Positions 10,401 to 21,972 of a stretch of DNA of 64,000 bases are shown in pieces (the stretch's first letter is position 1; every line of letters starts with the position of its first letter). Both the position numbers and the translations under genes were made by a program. The notes below the pieces were generated by a model. It had not been told where the DNA came from. It saw only the letters and a program-made list of their open reading frames with translations, and searched no databases. The stretch is from Leucoraja ocellata (Eukaryota): positions 496,001 to 560,000 of the forward strand of contig JAWMAR010000820.1 of the NCBI GenBank assembly GCA_036785375.1, read 5' to 3'.

Positions 10401-13400
10401 ATATTCATTTTGAAACCCCGTCCACTAATCCTTTTGATTGATTGTTTATAAGTTTGTGGACACCAGATTCAGAAGAGAAAATACTGGTATCCTCCGATGC
10501 CCGTATTTCTAGTAGTAGGAAAAATAATGAGCGGTCAAATCCAAATTGATTTGAGATATCAAAACACAGGTCTATTTCCATTCCCTTTTATCTTATTGTT
10601 TCATGAAATATTAAAAAATATATAGAATGTCATCAAAGTAAATGCTTACAGTAATATTCTGCAGTATTAATATTTTTACTATTTTACACTTAATTTTTAG
10701 GTCTTAAATTAAATTAAAGTTACATTTCCTTATGCAACTGCAAATAATAAAAATGTCCACACGTGCATAAGTTTGCTTTTATGTTCTAAATGCCTGAAAT
10801 AAATAGATAGTCATCACTTTATGTCAACAAAAAAGTTATTTTATTTTGTGAATAAAATAATCGCTAATATTTTTGAACTTCCCCCTCCCCACTGCCACCA
10901 CCGCCAGATATAGATGACAATAATTGAGTCGTTCTCTGTTGGATTTCTATTGGGCATTCTTTTCCATTCCCTTTCAATTAGATCCAACCAATATTTATAT
11001 AGTTTCAATTTCAAAAGATAAGTATTTGATGAATCTTTTATGCTAGTTAATAAGTGGTAAATTGGGTATAAGCTGACGATAATGCAAATGTTTAGATTTG
11101 GGCTTATTTAGCCCATGTTGATATCCAACAAATATTTATAATGTATTAAAAGAAATTATTCATTTGCAATCATAGGCCATTTTGTAACCATGTGAAATTC
11201 CAGGGTTTTTTTTCTTGTACGCTGTACCATCAGTTAATGCTGCTAATTATTTTCTTTCTACTGCATCTAATCTTAGACAAAATATTGAGCATTCAGATGG
11301 CTTAACTGTATAAAATGCCGGCAACTAGAAAGAGACGTGATGCCACATCATTCAAAGTTAATTATATTTTATTAGCAAGGTTTGAGGGGGAAAATGTTTG
11401 GTACACGTGATATTTATTTTTTGTTTTCGTTTAACTACTTCCATTGTCGGCATAAAATATAAACTGGTTTTGCTGGCAACTAGTGGTTATTTTATTCAAA
11501 AGATAACCTAATTTACATTGAATAAACCGTTTGATGTCGTATGATGCCCGAGTTCACAAATAACTGCTTTGCATCTGGACTTATTATTGTAATAGATCAT
11601 AAATTTGCTGGTCTGAATTGCAATTTAATTCATGTTGAATGTGCCAAACTTTTGCTGTATGTCACAAAATCTCCCTGTAATTTACCCAAATGTAGTATTT
11701 TGAAAGGCACTGAATGCCAGTGAATGCAGTCCATGTTCAAACTGATTATATGATAGGACTCATTGATAATGGCTTCCCTGTCGCAGTGTACTGAGAGACC
11801 TCCCTACAATGTAATTATTTTTTTACCATTAAATTGCTTTCTCTCCTGTTGTAACTAGATTGTGCCAGATGATTCACGTACATTGCTCGCCTTTTTTTGA
11901 ATAAGACAACATACTGAGTGCAAATAATTTGCTCAAACAGTGGCTGTTAGTACCATGTTTCTTGATTGATTGTAAAGTATAATTTCTAGGTATTTCTATC
12001 AATATTAAAATATACATATAACAAAATGATTTTAATGTTTTATCACATATTACATTTTTGAATGTTTATGCATTTGGTAGAAAAAATGTCCTAATGTAAA
12101 CAATTGCAGGAAAAAGTCTGGTTACAATCTTTACTCAGTGAAAATGACAACAACGTTGGAATTTAAATGCACATGTAGCTTAATGCTGAAATCAAGCGCT
12201 GCTGTCATAATTCTAACATGTCCTTACAGGCTGTGCTATTTGCAGCCTTTTTAATCACAATCCAGCCGTAAATCATGAACTAACATGATTTTAAGCTATT
12301 TATGCACACTGTTTGCTGAGCAAACTGTTTAGCTCTTTATTTCATATTTATTTTCATTTTCTTACATCAATGTTTGAAAATATTACGATTTCTTTAAAAT
12401 AGGAACTAACTGCATTATTCAAGATCTTTCATTTTCTGCTTCCAACATATTTCGGGTTCTATCTAGCATTCTGGTTGACATGTGAAAGATTACTTTAAAA
12501 TTATTTTCTGGTTTCCTATTGGAATTAAACCAACAATTAGAACAATTGGTTTGCTCCATTACCTTAATGGCATCAGAGTTGTTGGGGGCAGGGACAGCCC
12601 TGAACTGAGTGAGGCTTGGCAGTAGAAAGGAGAAGTTTGTGCCAGAGCTCACTTTGTTTTCACACAGGAATGTTTTTCTAGATCAACCAGAAGTGCTGTC
12701 ACTTTATCTTGGCCCTAAACTCTGGAGCATTATTTTTTACTTGTCACTTCAGAAACTGCCCAGTTATATTGTTTTTGTTTAGTACTTGGTTTTCCAGTAA
12801 TATAAATCAATGTTTCTGGAATGAATTACTGGGTTAATAGATTTTGATTTGGCTTTGGGTTGAACCAGATAGGCTGTAGCAATTTCTTCTCTTTCTCCCT
12901 ATACCTGTCTTCCAGCCATTGTAAATATACTTTGAACATGAGAAGAGAATGTGAGAAGTGTTCCTTTGAAACTCCACCATCAGATCTTCAAAAATATTTT
13001 CTCGTGGACATTGAAAAGTCATGAAGTCTTGAGAAAATGTTTAAACTGAAGTTCACTATTGTAGCCAGTCGTAGGAAGGTATTGTCAATTTAGCATCCGT
13101 GTTCCAATAATCACAGAGGTAACTGATTAGAGGGGAATATGACTTGGTACTTCATCTCTCAAGCTCAAAGAGAGACTTTACTTCAATGCCTTTATTATTA
13201 CATCATAATTACAATTAGTTTGAATTACTTGAAGGGTTGAAATGACAGCCAGGGTTTCTTTAATTTTATGTTAATCATTTGCGGTCAATTATCCTTGCTC
13301 AATAATTTTTCAATAGATAAACTGGAATATACATTAGACATTAGTCTAATGCACTGCCCATCTGGAGAGGTCACCTGAATTTACATATAGTTTGATTATT

Positions 13401-14030
13401 GAATTTGTGGTTTCTTGAATTTTGAATTCTAATGGTTAAAAATTAATCCATTAATCCCTGGGATTACGGCAAACAATCTTCATTAAAAATCAATTTATTC
13501 CATGTGATATCAGGAAATGGTGAACAGTGGATAAAGCAGAAGCTCTAGAAAAGGAATCATGCTGATATAATGCTGTAAACTGCACCTCTATCCAAGCTGC
13601 TGAAGTATATTTACAGTGCTGCTGCCAATGCGCAAAATTGTCCAGTTATACCCTGCCCAGGACCTAGGAGTCATACTTTCCCCAAGCAACTTCCACATGT
13701 AAATCCATCAAAATATATAATCCTCTTCCACTTGTCACACCTCTTCTATAGCCTTCAATACACATCACAGCCTTTGTTCATCTTAGGGAAAGGATGTCAG
13801 AAGATCACACTTGACACATAACTAATTTTGAGGCTTTTGAGATGTGACTACTTACAAAGGCAACTAAATTCTTTGGAAAAACACCACCAGCACTGTTAAG
13901 ATCCTTAAAATTCCCTCGAAGCAATAAGTAAATCCCTTCCCTTGGGTGATGGCCTTGGTTACACTCGGTTGGCTTCAATGGACTGGCTATTTCGTTCCCA
14001 CATGAAATACATACTCTCTACTGCAAGAGA

Positions 14031-14122
14031 AGGCACAAAGTGCTGGAGTAACTCAGTGGGTCAGGCAGCATCCGTGGATAACATGGATAGAAGACATTTT
14101 GGGTCTTAACCTTTCTTCAGAC
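14031..14122 (-). mobile_element. Hammerhead-core short repeat (minus)
   Basis: Reverse complement reads gtCTGAAGA-AAGGT-TAAG-ACCC-AAAA-TG-TC plus the tail gatgctgcctgacccactgagttactccagcac. Confidence 0.75.
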
Positions 14123-14294
14123 ATGGAATGAATTGATTTCCAACTTCTTGTGCAAAGTTAGCCGTCTTGACTTCTCTGCTGCCCTTAGTCACTCCAATCT
14201 CATCGTCTCTGAATGCAAAACCCATTCACTCGGCAACAATCCCATCATTACTGTTAAACATGATGACAATAGAGGTGAAGTTGAAGCCTATATA

Positions 14295-14370
14295 ACTAAG
14301 AAGATGGGTCCCAACCCGAAACATCACCTATCCATGTTCTCCATGCAACAACCCCCTGACTGTTGAGACT
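14295..14370 (+). mobile_element. Hammerhead-core short repeat (plus, decayed)
   Basis: aagaaga-TGGGT-CCCA-ACCC-GAAA-CA-TC-acctatccatgttctcc. Confidence 0.6.
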
Positions 14371-14714
14371 TCTGCCCCATGAATGCTCCAAACATGGCAG
14401 ATGTTTTTGAGTACTTCGAGGCATCTGAATGCTGAGAGACTCTTTTTTTTTTAAATCATTTGTTACAAGCCCATTACATTTTCATGGTAGAGCTAACTTT
14501 CCATCTGTTAAATTTGTATCTCGGAATGCTACTATCCCATGTACGAGATCTTATTTGCAGTTCTCTGGAATTACTATACATTTTGAATGAAGCACACTGA
14601 AGATTTCAGTTCATTTCTACGTGCACCAAGTTTTTTTCCACTAGCTTCTAAACCAGGATACACATTTTATTATGTAAAATAGGTACAGTTTGGGATGAAC
14701 TGAGATATTTGTCG

Positions 14715-15420
14715 TAGAAACATACAGCATAGAACCAGGCCCTTTAGCCGACCAGGTCTGCACCAACACCAACTAGCCATTAACTCTAATCCCAACATTC
14801 ATCCCAGTTTTGTTTTTAACACATTCTCTTCAACTCCACCAGATTCTTGCACTCACAACCTAAGGGGCAATTTACAGCAGGCATTTAAACTAACAACCTG
14901 CATGTCTTTGGAATGTGGGTGGAAAGCAGAGCAACTGGAAGAACCCCAGACAATCACAGGACAAATGTGCAAACTCCACACAGACAGACAGTTGGTTAGA
15001 CTGCATTTGAAATATTGTTTGCAGTTGCAGGAAGGATGTGCTGGCTTTCAAACGGGTGCTGAAGAAGTTTACCAGAATCAGAATTAGGGAGGTTGGACAA
15101 ACTTGCACTGTTTTCTTTCGAATGTCGGAAATTGAGGAGAAACCTGACATAAATGCATATAATTATGAGAAGCATAGACCGGGTAGGTGGTTGGAACTTT
15201 TTTCCCCCAGGGTGGCAATGTCTAAGACTAGAGGGCATAGCCTTAAGATTAGAGAGGGAAACTATAAAGGAAAAATGCTTGCCATTTTTATTTAAAGAGT
15301 GGTGGCTGCCAAGAGTGGTAGGGGAAGCAGATACAATAGGCCATTTAAGAAACTTTTGGATAAGCATATGGATATGGAGGGATGTGAATCACTTGCCGGC
15401 AGAGGAGATTTGTTTTTGGC
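14715..15420. mobile_element. HE1-like SINE (minus, about 14715-14990) followed by CR1 3' fragment (plus, about 15000-15420)
   Basis: The SINE body (gtctttggaatgtgggtggaaa...tgcaaactccacacagacag) is followed by CR1 RT C-terminal peptide in ORFs 15038-15295 (RVLKKFTR, SKTRGHSLK). Confidence 0.7.
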
Positions 15421-16370
15421 TGCAGCCAGCCAGGGATCAAGTATTCTTCCCAGGTAAGACTTTGGGGTCATGGATTAATTGCATCCTCATCATTTCTGTG
15501 TGTTCTGAGGTAGCTGATGAGATTAATTTGGGACCAGAAAACTCTACCACTGGTGGGGCAATTTAATTTAAAGGGTGATAAAGTGGTTAGTTAAGGAGAT
15601 GGTGTGCTCCATCTGACATTTGTACCAGGCCTTCACGTGTTCCTGACAATGGGACTTGAAGTTTTCCGTGCCCTCCTGAATTCTATTGCTCTTCTTCGAG
15701 AAGTCTTGGGCCAGACTTTCCTACATGTTGATGGATATGTTAGCTTTTTATTAACAGACTTTGAAAACATCCTTGAATCATTTCTTCTGTTCTTCAATCA
15801 ATCTCTTGCAATGACCTAATAAGGAATATAATAACTCTTTTGGGAATGTATTGCCAGACATGCAGATGACGTGGCCTTCCCATAATTACTGAATTATTGT
15901 AAGTAACAGTTTGATATTGTGGTTGTTGGCCTGGGAGAGGATGCTGACATAGGTTTGCTTGTCCATTTGAACATTTTTGCTGAGACGTGTTGCTGATATA
16001 TTTCAACACTGAGATTCTTGTTGTATATGGTACATGTTTCAGAAACAAGCACAAAGACAAAGATAACTGCTATCTGGTAGACCATGTTCTTTGTGTTGGG
16101 TTTGAGGTCTGGATCTTCAGATGTTTTTCCTTAGATAGCCAGAGACTATCCTGGCATGGTGATTTCTCTATAGCTGTCTGTTCCCACAGATGGGTGGGAT
16201 ACATATGGGAAGTGGTCCACATTTTCTTGGTGTAATCTTGTCAGAGGAGGTTGCTGTTCTTGTTGTTCAGCAGCAGTTTGGGAGAAGAACTTTGTTATGT
16301 GGATGCTTAATGTGCGGTCAGTGATCAAATCAGTAGCAAGTTGGAATTGGACCTGTGTATATGTGAAGGT

Positions 16371-16536
16371 AGACATAAAATTCTGGAGAAACTCAGGCAG
16401 CATCTTTGAGAGAAGGAATAGGCAACGTTTCGGACTGATGTCGCGGGGGGGGGGAAAGAAGTAGACAGAGACAGTAGGACGTGGGAGAACTGGGAAGGGG
16501 GAGGGGAAGGAGGGAGAACGCAAGGGCTATCTAAAT
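16371..16536 (-). mobile_element. Penelope-like terminal fragment with deleted hammerhead stem II
   Basis: Same family tail (gatgctgcctgagtttctccag). cgaaacgttg is retained but CTGAAGA and stem II are deleted. A pyrimidine-rich upstream segment is present on the minus strand. Confidence 0.65.
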
Positions 16537-16769
16537 ATGTGAGCTTTGTGTACCTCCTGCAATGCAGTGATTTGAAGTTGGACTGATCTTAGTCTTGGAG
16601 TGAAGGCACCTTGGATTGATCAGTCCCATTTGTCCTAGGGATTAGCATCACTCCAACAGGATTTTAATTGTGAGTGGAGCAGTATAACAGCAAATATAAT
16701 AAGGAAAAGTGTTGGCATGGCGATGCAGTCTTGCTTGACCCCAGCCTGCATGGAGATTTAGTATTTTCT

Positions 16770-16867
16770 TCTGAAGAAGGGTCTCGTCCCGAAATGTCAA
16801 TCATTCTTTCTCTCCAGAGATGCTGCCTGGTCCGCTGAGTTACTCCAGCTTTTTATGTCTATCTTTG
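16770..16867 (+). mobile_element. Hammerhead-core short retroelement with 9-bp TSD (best-preserved core)
   Basis: CTGAAGA(16771-77)-A-GGG-TCTCGT-CCC-GAAA(16791-94)-TG-TC. Flanked by GTATTTTCT at 16761-16769 and 16868-16876. Confidence 0.85.
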
Positions 16868-17765
16868 GTATTTTCTCGATGCGTTGGTCATAGCTTGCAT
16901 GCCATCATGTAGCGCATGAAGTCAAAGGATGATGACTGATTTTTGAGGGCAGCAAATGTGAGTAGGATTCTCTGGAAGAAATTTTTCAACAAACTCTGAA
17001 ATTTCCCAAATATTCCTTTTCAGGAGTGTTCTTGACACTGTCCCAAATCAAACTGTCTACTACAACCCAGACTGACAGGAAGTCCAAAAGTAAAACTTTA
17101 GCTTCAGGTGCAAACAATATCCCTGTGGAAATGTTAACACTTCATGTAGAAGAACTTGAAATTAAAGTTTATAGGCTCTTTCTGTGGGACAAGGAGGGCA
17201 TGACAGGGAATCTCAAAGGTTGTAGTCATTGCCATGACCATGATCTTCACTGATCAACAGATCTAGACAAAAATGAAGGGAGCAGCATCAACCACTGCAT
17301 GATCTTTATTAACCCAGATCAAAGCAATTGGAAATGAGGGACCACACTTTGTGGCAGGGACCAAATTTAATAGTATTGTCATTCCAAAAATTATTGGAGA
17401 AAATTTCCAGTCATTGATGTGCTTCGACTGGAATATGTAAGTGATGCATAAAAGTTTCAGGTACTGGAAGAAATTCACAGTCATTCTGTGGACCTGATTG
17501 TATAGATGAGAATGAAACCATGTGAGTGAGGTTCCAACTGGCTGCATGACAGTGGAATTGTTTGGGAGGAGGTTGGTTTGGTCAACTGTGACAAAGGTGC
17601 AACCAGTTTAAGAAAAAATAATTTACCCTTTAAATAGTGTGTGACGTTAAGTGGTAACTTTTGTACTGGTACTGTGCTAAGTGGAGAAGTTTGCTTTGGA
17701 AATATTCAGACAAAGTAATTAGAGAATGATGTTTTGACAACATTAAAAGGCAAATATATATAATA

Positions 17766-18820
17766 CTGGACCAAGTGGGACCGCTGGGTCCCGTCTCCTC
17801 AACACGCGGTTGCGGGGGGGAGGGTCCGGCCTGTGGCATCACACACACACACTAACCCCCCCCCCCCCCCCCACGCACACATACACTAACCACCTCCATT
17901 GATATTATATTAATATTATTCATTCACTCCTTTACTCCATCCCCTATCCACTCGCGTATAGCCCCCAACTCGCAGGCATGACTAGAAAGGGAGGGGGGGT
18001 AGAGAGCGAGAGGGGCACAGGGAGGGACACAGAGGCACAGAGGGGGGGGGGTGGGACAGAGAGGGAGGGGTAGGGGAGGGGGAGAGAGAGTAGGGGAGAG
18101 GCCGGGGGAGGGGGGAAGAGGAAGAGGAGGGGGGAAGAGAGACCCGACCTGCTCTTTCTTCAAAGCCCGGGGGGTAGAGATCCTGGGGGCAAGAGAGATC
18201 CTGGGGGAGAGAGAGAATGCGACCGAGGAGCCGAGAAAAAGCCCTGAGAGAAAGCGATGCCCGAGCGTCTTTTTAAGGGGGTGGAGGAGGAAGAGGTGGG
18301 GGCTGACATCACTCGCAGCGCAAGGAAGACAATTGCAGGGCAAGTAAGGTGGCAGCAAGCAGAGAGGGGGGGGAGAGGAGGAGGAGGGGAGAGAGGGACC
18401 CAACCCGAGACGGACCTGAGAGATCTAGTACAGGGCCCGACTTGCTCATTCTGTACTCGCAGCGCAGTTTTCAGCTCTGATCATTGGTCTTCAGTCGACG
18501 AGCCGATTGTTGAATAACGGGGGGAGGAGGGAGGGGTGGGGGGTTGACGTCACTCGCAGCGCGAGCAGATGCAGGCAGGCAGATCCATTGTGACGCCATC
18601 GGGGAATAAGGAGTTATATTTTTCCAAGTTTCTTCAGATTTGTGAACATTTTGATTAATAACTCAAGAAATGGCGATTTTTGATTTCACGGGATAAATCT
18701 CTACCGGAATATGTAAAAATGCTACCATTAGCACGTCGTTTCTTCGAGTAGATGTGATCGCACACAAACAAATAAATACACACACACATCCGAGATCAGA
18801 GTTTTATAGTTATATAAGGA
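17766..18820 (-). mobile_element. Non-autonomous Helitron (second subfamily)
   Basis: Minus strand reads A|TCCTTATATAACTATAAAACTCTGATCT ... GGGACCCAGCGGTCCC-ACTTGGT-CCAG|T. Termini match the 1754-2907 copy; the purine-rich interior differs. Confidence 0.75.
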
Positions 18821-19586
18821 TAAGGTATTGATAAATGTACAGCACTACAAAACAATCGGGCTGAAATCCAACAGAAATTACTGTTTTGGAGCAAATAAAA
18901 TAGGAGGACATTATAGCATTTAAAAATATGAAGGATTGTGATTGATAGAATGAATAGGAAAAGAAGGTTAAATTAGGTTGTGCATAACTAGTGTACAAAC
19001 TATTTCATCTTTTAAAGAAAATTTGTAAAAAATAAAGTTGGATGAAATGATGGGCAATGGCTAGATTCATTTGCATTGTTTAATCAAAAGCAATCAATGG
19101 TACAATGATACAATTTGCTGAAATGTCTCCCCCTTTGCTGTAAACTTATAATCATGTAAGTTATGATTTACATGCAAGCCATAAATCATGGAAACTATTG
19201 TAGTTTCAAACCAAGATTTGGAAAAATGGTATTGCCTTTTATGAGCCAGATCATCGACCTACATGATGAGTGCCTCAGCTCATTGGTGTTTGTCTTCAAC
19301 TTCTGGTCTGATGCATTAAGTACAACAAGGAAAGTACAACAAGGAGGAAGGGGTCAGTCAATGTTAAATTGAAGTATGAAAAGTCTTCACTTGACCAACT
19401 GCTATGTCTCTTAGTTGGAGAGGTCTGTCTGTAGGCTTGTATCTAGCGTGGGGTACTGAGAGGTCAATGAGAGATACAAAGGAATGATCCTCAGCATTTA
19501 TGTCTTTTCTCGGTGAACAAAGTATTTTTTTTTTTTTTTAAACACGGTATCTCAACATTTAAATATCCCTTTTCTTTTGTCTATAG

Positions 19587-19682
19587 GCCAATATATATCT
19601 GAGCGAAGATGCCATTAAGCCAACAGGCTTCCTGAAATCACAGTTATTGCAACTGCTGCAAACAACTACATCTCCAAGTCAA
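19587..19682 (+). CDS. KLF5: Probable additional or cassette coding exon of the KLF5-type gene (ANIYLSEDAIKPTGFLKSQLLQLLQTTTSPSQ)
   Basis: Polypyrimidine tract and acceptor (cccttttcttttgtctatag|), donor CAA|gtaagt. 96 nt, phase 0-0 matching the flanking exons, no stop codon. No homology recognised. Confidence 0.6.
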
Positions 19683-19982
19683 GTAAGTTTAAGCCTTTTG
19701 TTTTATGTTATTAGATACACATAGAAAACGCTCACATTGCAAATATCTGACAGTTTATGAAATTGATAAGACAGAGTTCCACCCACTTTGACCTAATGGT
19801 CTTGCATTAATTTATTCAGTGTTCAGCTCAAAGACAACATAATATGAGAAAAAGGAAATGAATCAGAAGTGATTACAAATGATAAGATAAAACCAAAGAC
19901 ACTTAATTTGTGCCATTATAATTCTTCCAGCAATCACCAATTGAGCTTTTGGAATAATTTAATAAAATTATCCTTTCAAAGG

Positions 19983-20279
19983 GGGCAGCGCAGTGGTGCA
20001 GCAATAGTTGCTGCCTTACAATGCCAAAGACCCGTGTTCGATCCTGATCTCTGGTGCTGTGCTGTGTGTACGGAATTTGTACGTTCTTCCTGTGGCTGCG
20101 TGGGTTTCTCCGGAAGTCCAATTTCCTCCCACAATCCAAAGAATTAAGCTAATTGGCTTGGCAAAAATGTAAATTATCCCGTGTGTAGGATAGTGCTAGT
20201 GTACAGGAATTGCTGGTAGGCACAGACTCGGTGGGCTGAAGGGCCTGTTTCCGCACTGTATCTCTAAACCAAACTAAAA
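19983..20279 (+). mobile_element. HE1-like tRNA-derived SINE
   Basis: A-box and B-box-like head (gcagtggtgcagc, gtgttcgatcct), conserved body, CR1-like tail gggcctgtttccgcactgtatctctaaac. Confidence 0.85.
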
Positions 20280-21149
20280 TTTGTAATTGAACGAATGTCA
20301 ACTTCAGAATTGAATAATTTGAATCATTGGATCATTGTAGTTTACTTACAGTAGGAGAAAAGGAAAAAGCCTTTTAAATAATTTGCGATGATAAATGTAT
20401 TTGTCAATTGTAATAAGAATTTGTTGACTGTGTGTATATCTCTGCAACTCTTGTGTTATTTTCTATCACGTGCCAACGAGAGCCATGAACAGACATTTTG
20501 GCTGTTTTGCTGTGTCACTATGTACTTGATGGTTTTTGTTTTGTGTTAAGTATAGTCATTGATTGTTGACTGTGGAAAACACAACTGCCTGTTGATTGTT
20601 CTTCAACTGGAGGGCAGCATCAGACTGTTTATGAACCCTTAGTTATTCTTTTCGTAGTGAGTGGATTAAAGTTGATTTAAATATTCTCCCTGTCTTCAGT
20701 TTCTCAGTAAATCCACCAGTATCAAATGAACTTTTCCAAGGATCAGATCTAACAGTTTGAATCTTGTGGGAACTATTGAGTTCAATAAATATGAAATTCA
20801 TTTTGTGGCATTGCTACAACAGTGAATAAGTTCTCATTCAATGATGCCCGGGCAGTTCTGTTTTGTTAAATGCAGTACAATATTTATGTACTTTATCTTT
20901 TTTGTGTGTAGGATCTCTGTGTTCAATGAATGGATCAAAATTAATAACATTTTTTCGCTAAATAATTGAATTCATAATAAATTCATCAGATATGTATCAT
21001 CTGATCAACTGGTCAATGATAAGTAGTGATGCTCCAGTCTCTCATGCACAGGGTTGGAATCTGGCCTATAATACATGATATAAAGCAGACTTCGACCATT
21101 CTTGACAACATAACACATCCTAAATGAATCAAGCAGACCTATGGATATC

Positions 21150-21400
21150 AAATCTCGAATCTGAAGGTGCAGGATTGAAGCCCTCCTTCGATTCATTCTG
21201 GTGAATTAAAATAAAAGTATACACCTGTAGAAGTTCAAGAGAGTATATGTCAACATACCAAATCTCCTCAATCTTGTAAGAAATCGTTCTGTCTTGCTGG
21301 CCATCACTTCTCCCATCTGCTTGGGATGGTACAATTTAATGCAGAAATTGCTGGGGATGACACAACATTCTTCTGCAGGATTCCATGTTGTGTTCTCCAC
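21150..21400 (-). mobile_element. Rex1/Babar LINE remnant
   Basis: ORF 21206-21400 contains FLTRLRRFGM...LLNFYRC, homologous to the Rex1 copy at 45858. Confidence 0.55.
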
Positions 21401-21672
21401 CTACCCGATTAATATAAAATTAGTGATTCTTTGTGAAATTAATTAGCATTACTCTTTTCTCATTGCAAACCCCCCTTAAAAGCATTAACATGCTGAATGA
21501 GGTTTAACTGAACTTTTAATATTTTAAGTTGTGTTCACTGCTGAATAACTTTACAAACACCGGCCAAAAATATAAATGTGTATTAACAAATTATAATACA
21601 AACGTTCTTTGATTTTTAAAGTAATTATGTTGCTTATGATATAAGATGAAGATGGTATCCCTAAACAAAATG

Positions 21673-21972
21673 GGGCGGCAAGGTGGTGCAGCCGGAGATT
21701 TGCTGCCTTATAGCACAAGAGACCAGAGGTCGATCCTGGTTACGGGTGCTGTCTGTACAGAATTTGTACGTTCTCCCCGTGACCTGATTGGGTTTTCTCT
21801 GGGAAGCTCCAGTTTCCTCACACGCTCCCAAGAAGTACAGGTTTGTAGGCTAATTGGCTTGGCATAAAGGTAAATTGTCCGTAGTATGTGTAGGATGGTG
21901 TTGGTGTGCGGGGATTGCTGGTCGGTGCTGACCCGGTGGGCCAAAGGGCCTGTTTTCGCCCTGCAAACTAAA
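21673..21972 (+). mobile_element. HE1-like SINE
   Basis: Collinear with the 19983 copy. Confidence 0.85.

Larger units (their letters stand above)
15600..16990 (-). mobile_element. Old RTE-clade LINE fragment interrupted by younger insertions
   Basis: The minus strand near 16700-16745 encodes a GVKQxCI.PTLF-like RT motif. ORF 16146-16523 contains ENVDHFPY. Heavily decayed. Confidence 0.5.

Noticed and set aside
16768-16800. Apparent compensatory stem I change (TT/AA instead of GT/AC) in the best hammerhead copy
   Set aside because: The upstream T comes from the target-site duplication, so it cannot count as covariation.
17924-18517. Pro/Leu-rich and Gly/Arg-rich ORFs
   Set aside because: Low-complexity purine tract inside a Helitron.
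19983-20060. tRNA gene
   Set aside because: The A/B-box-like head belongs to a SINE present in several copies. No cloverleaf.
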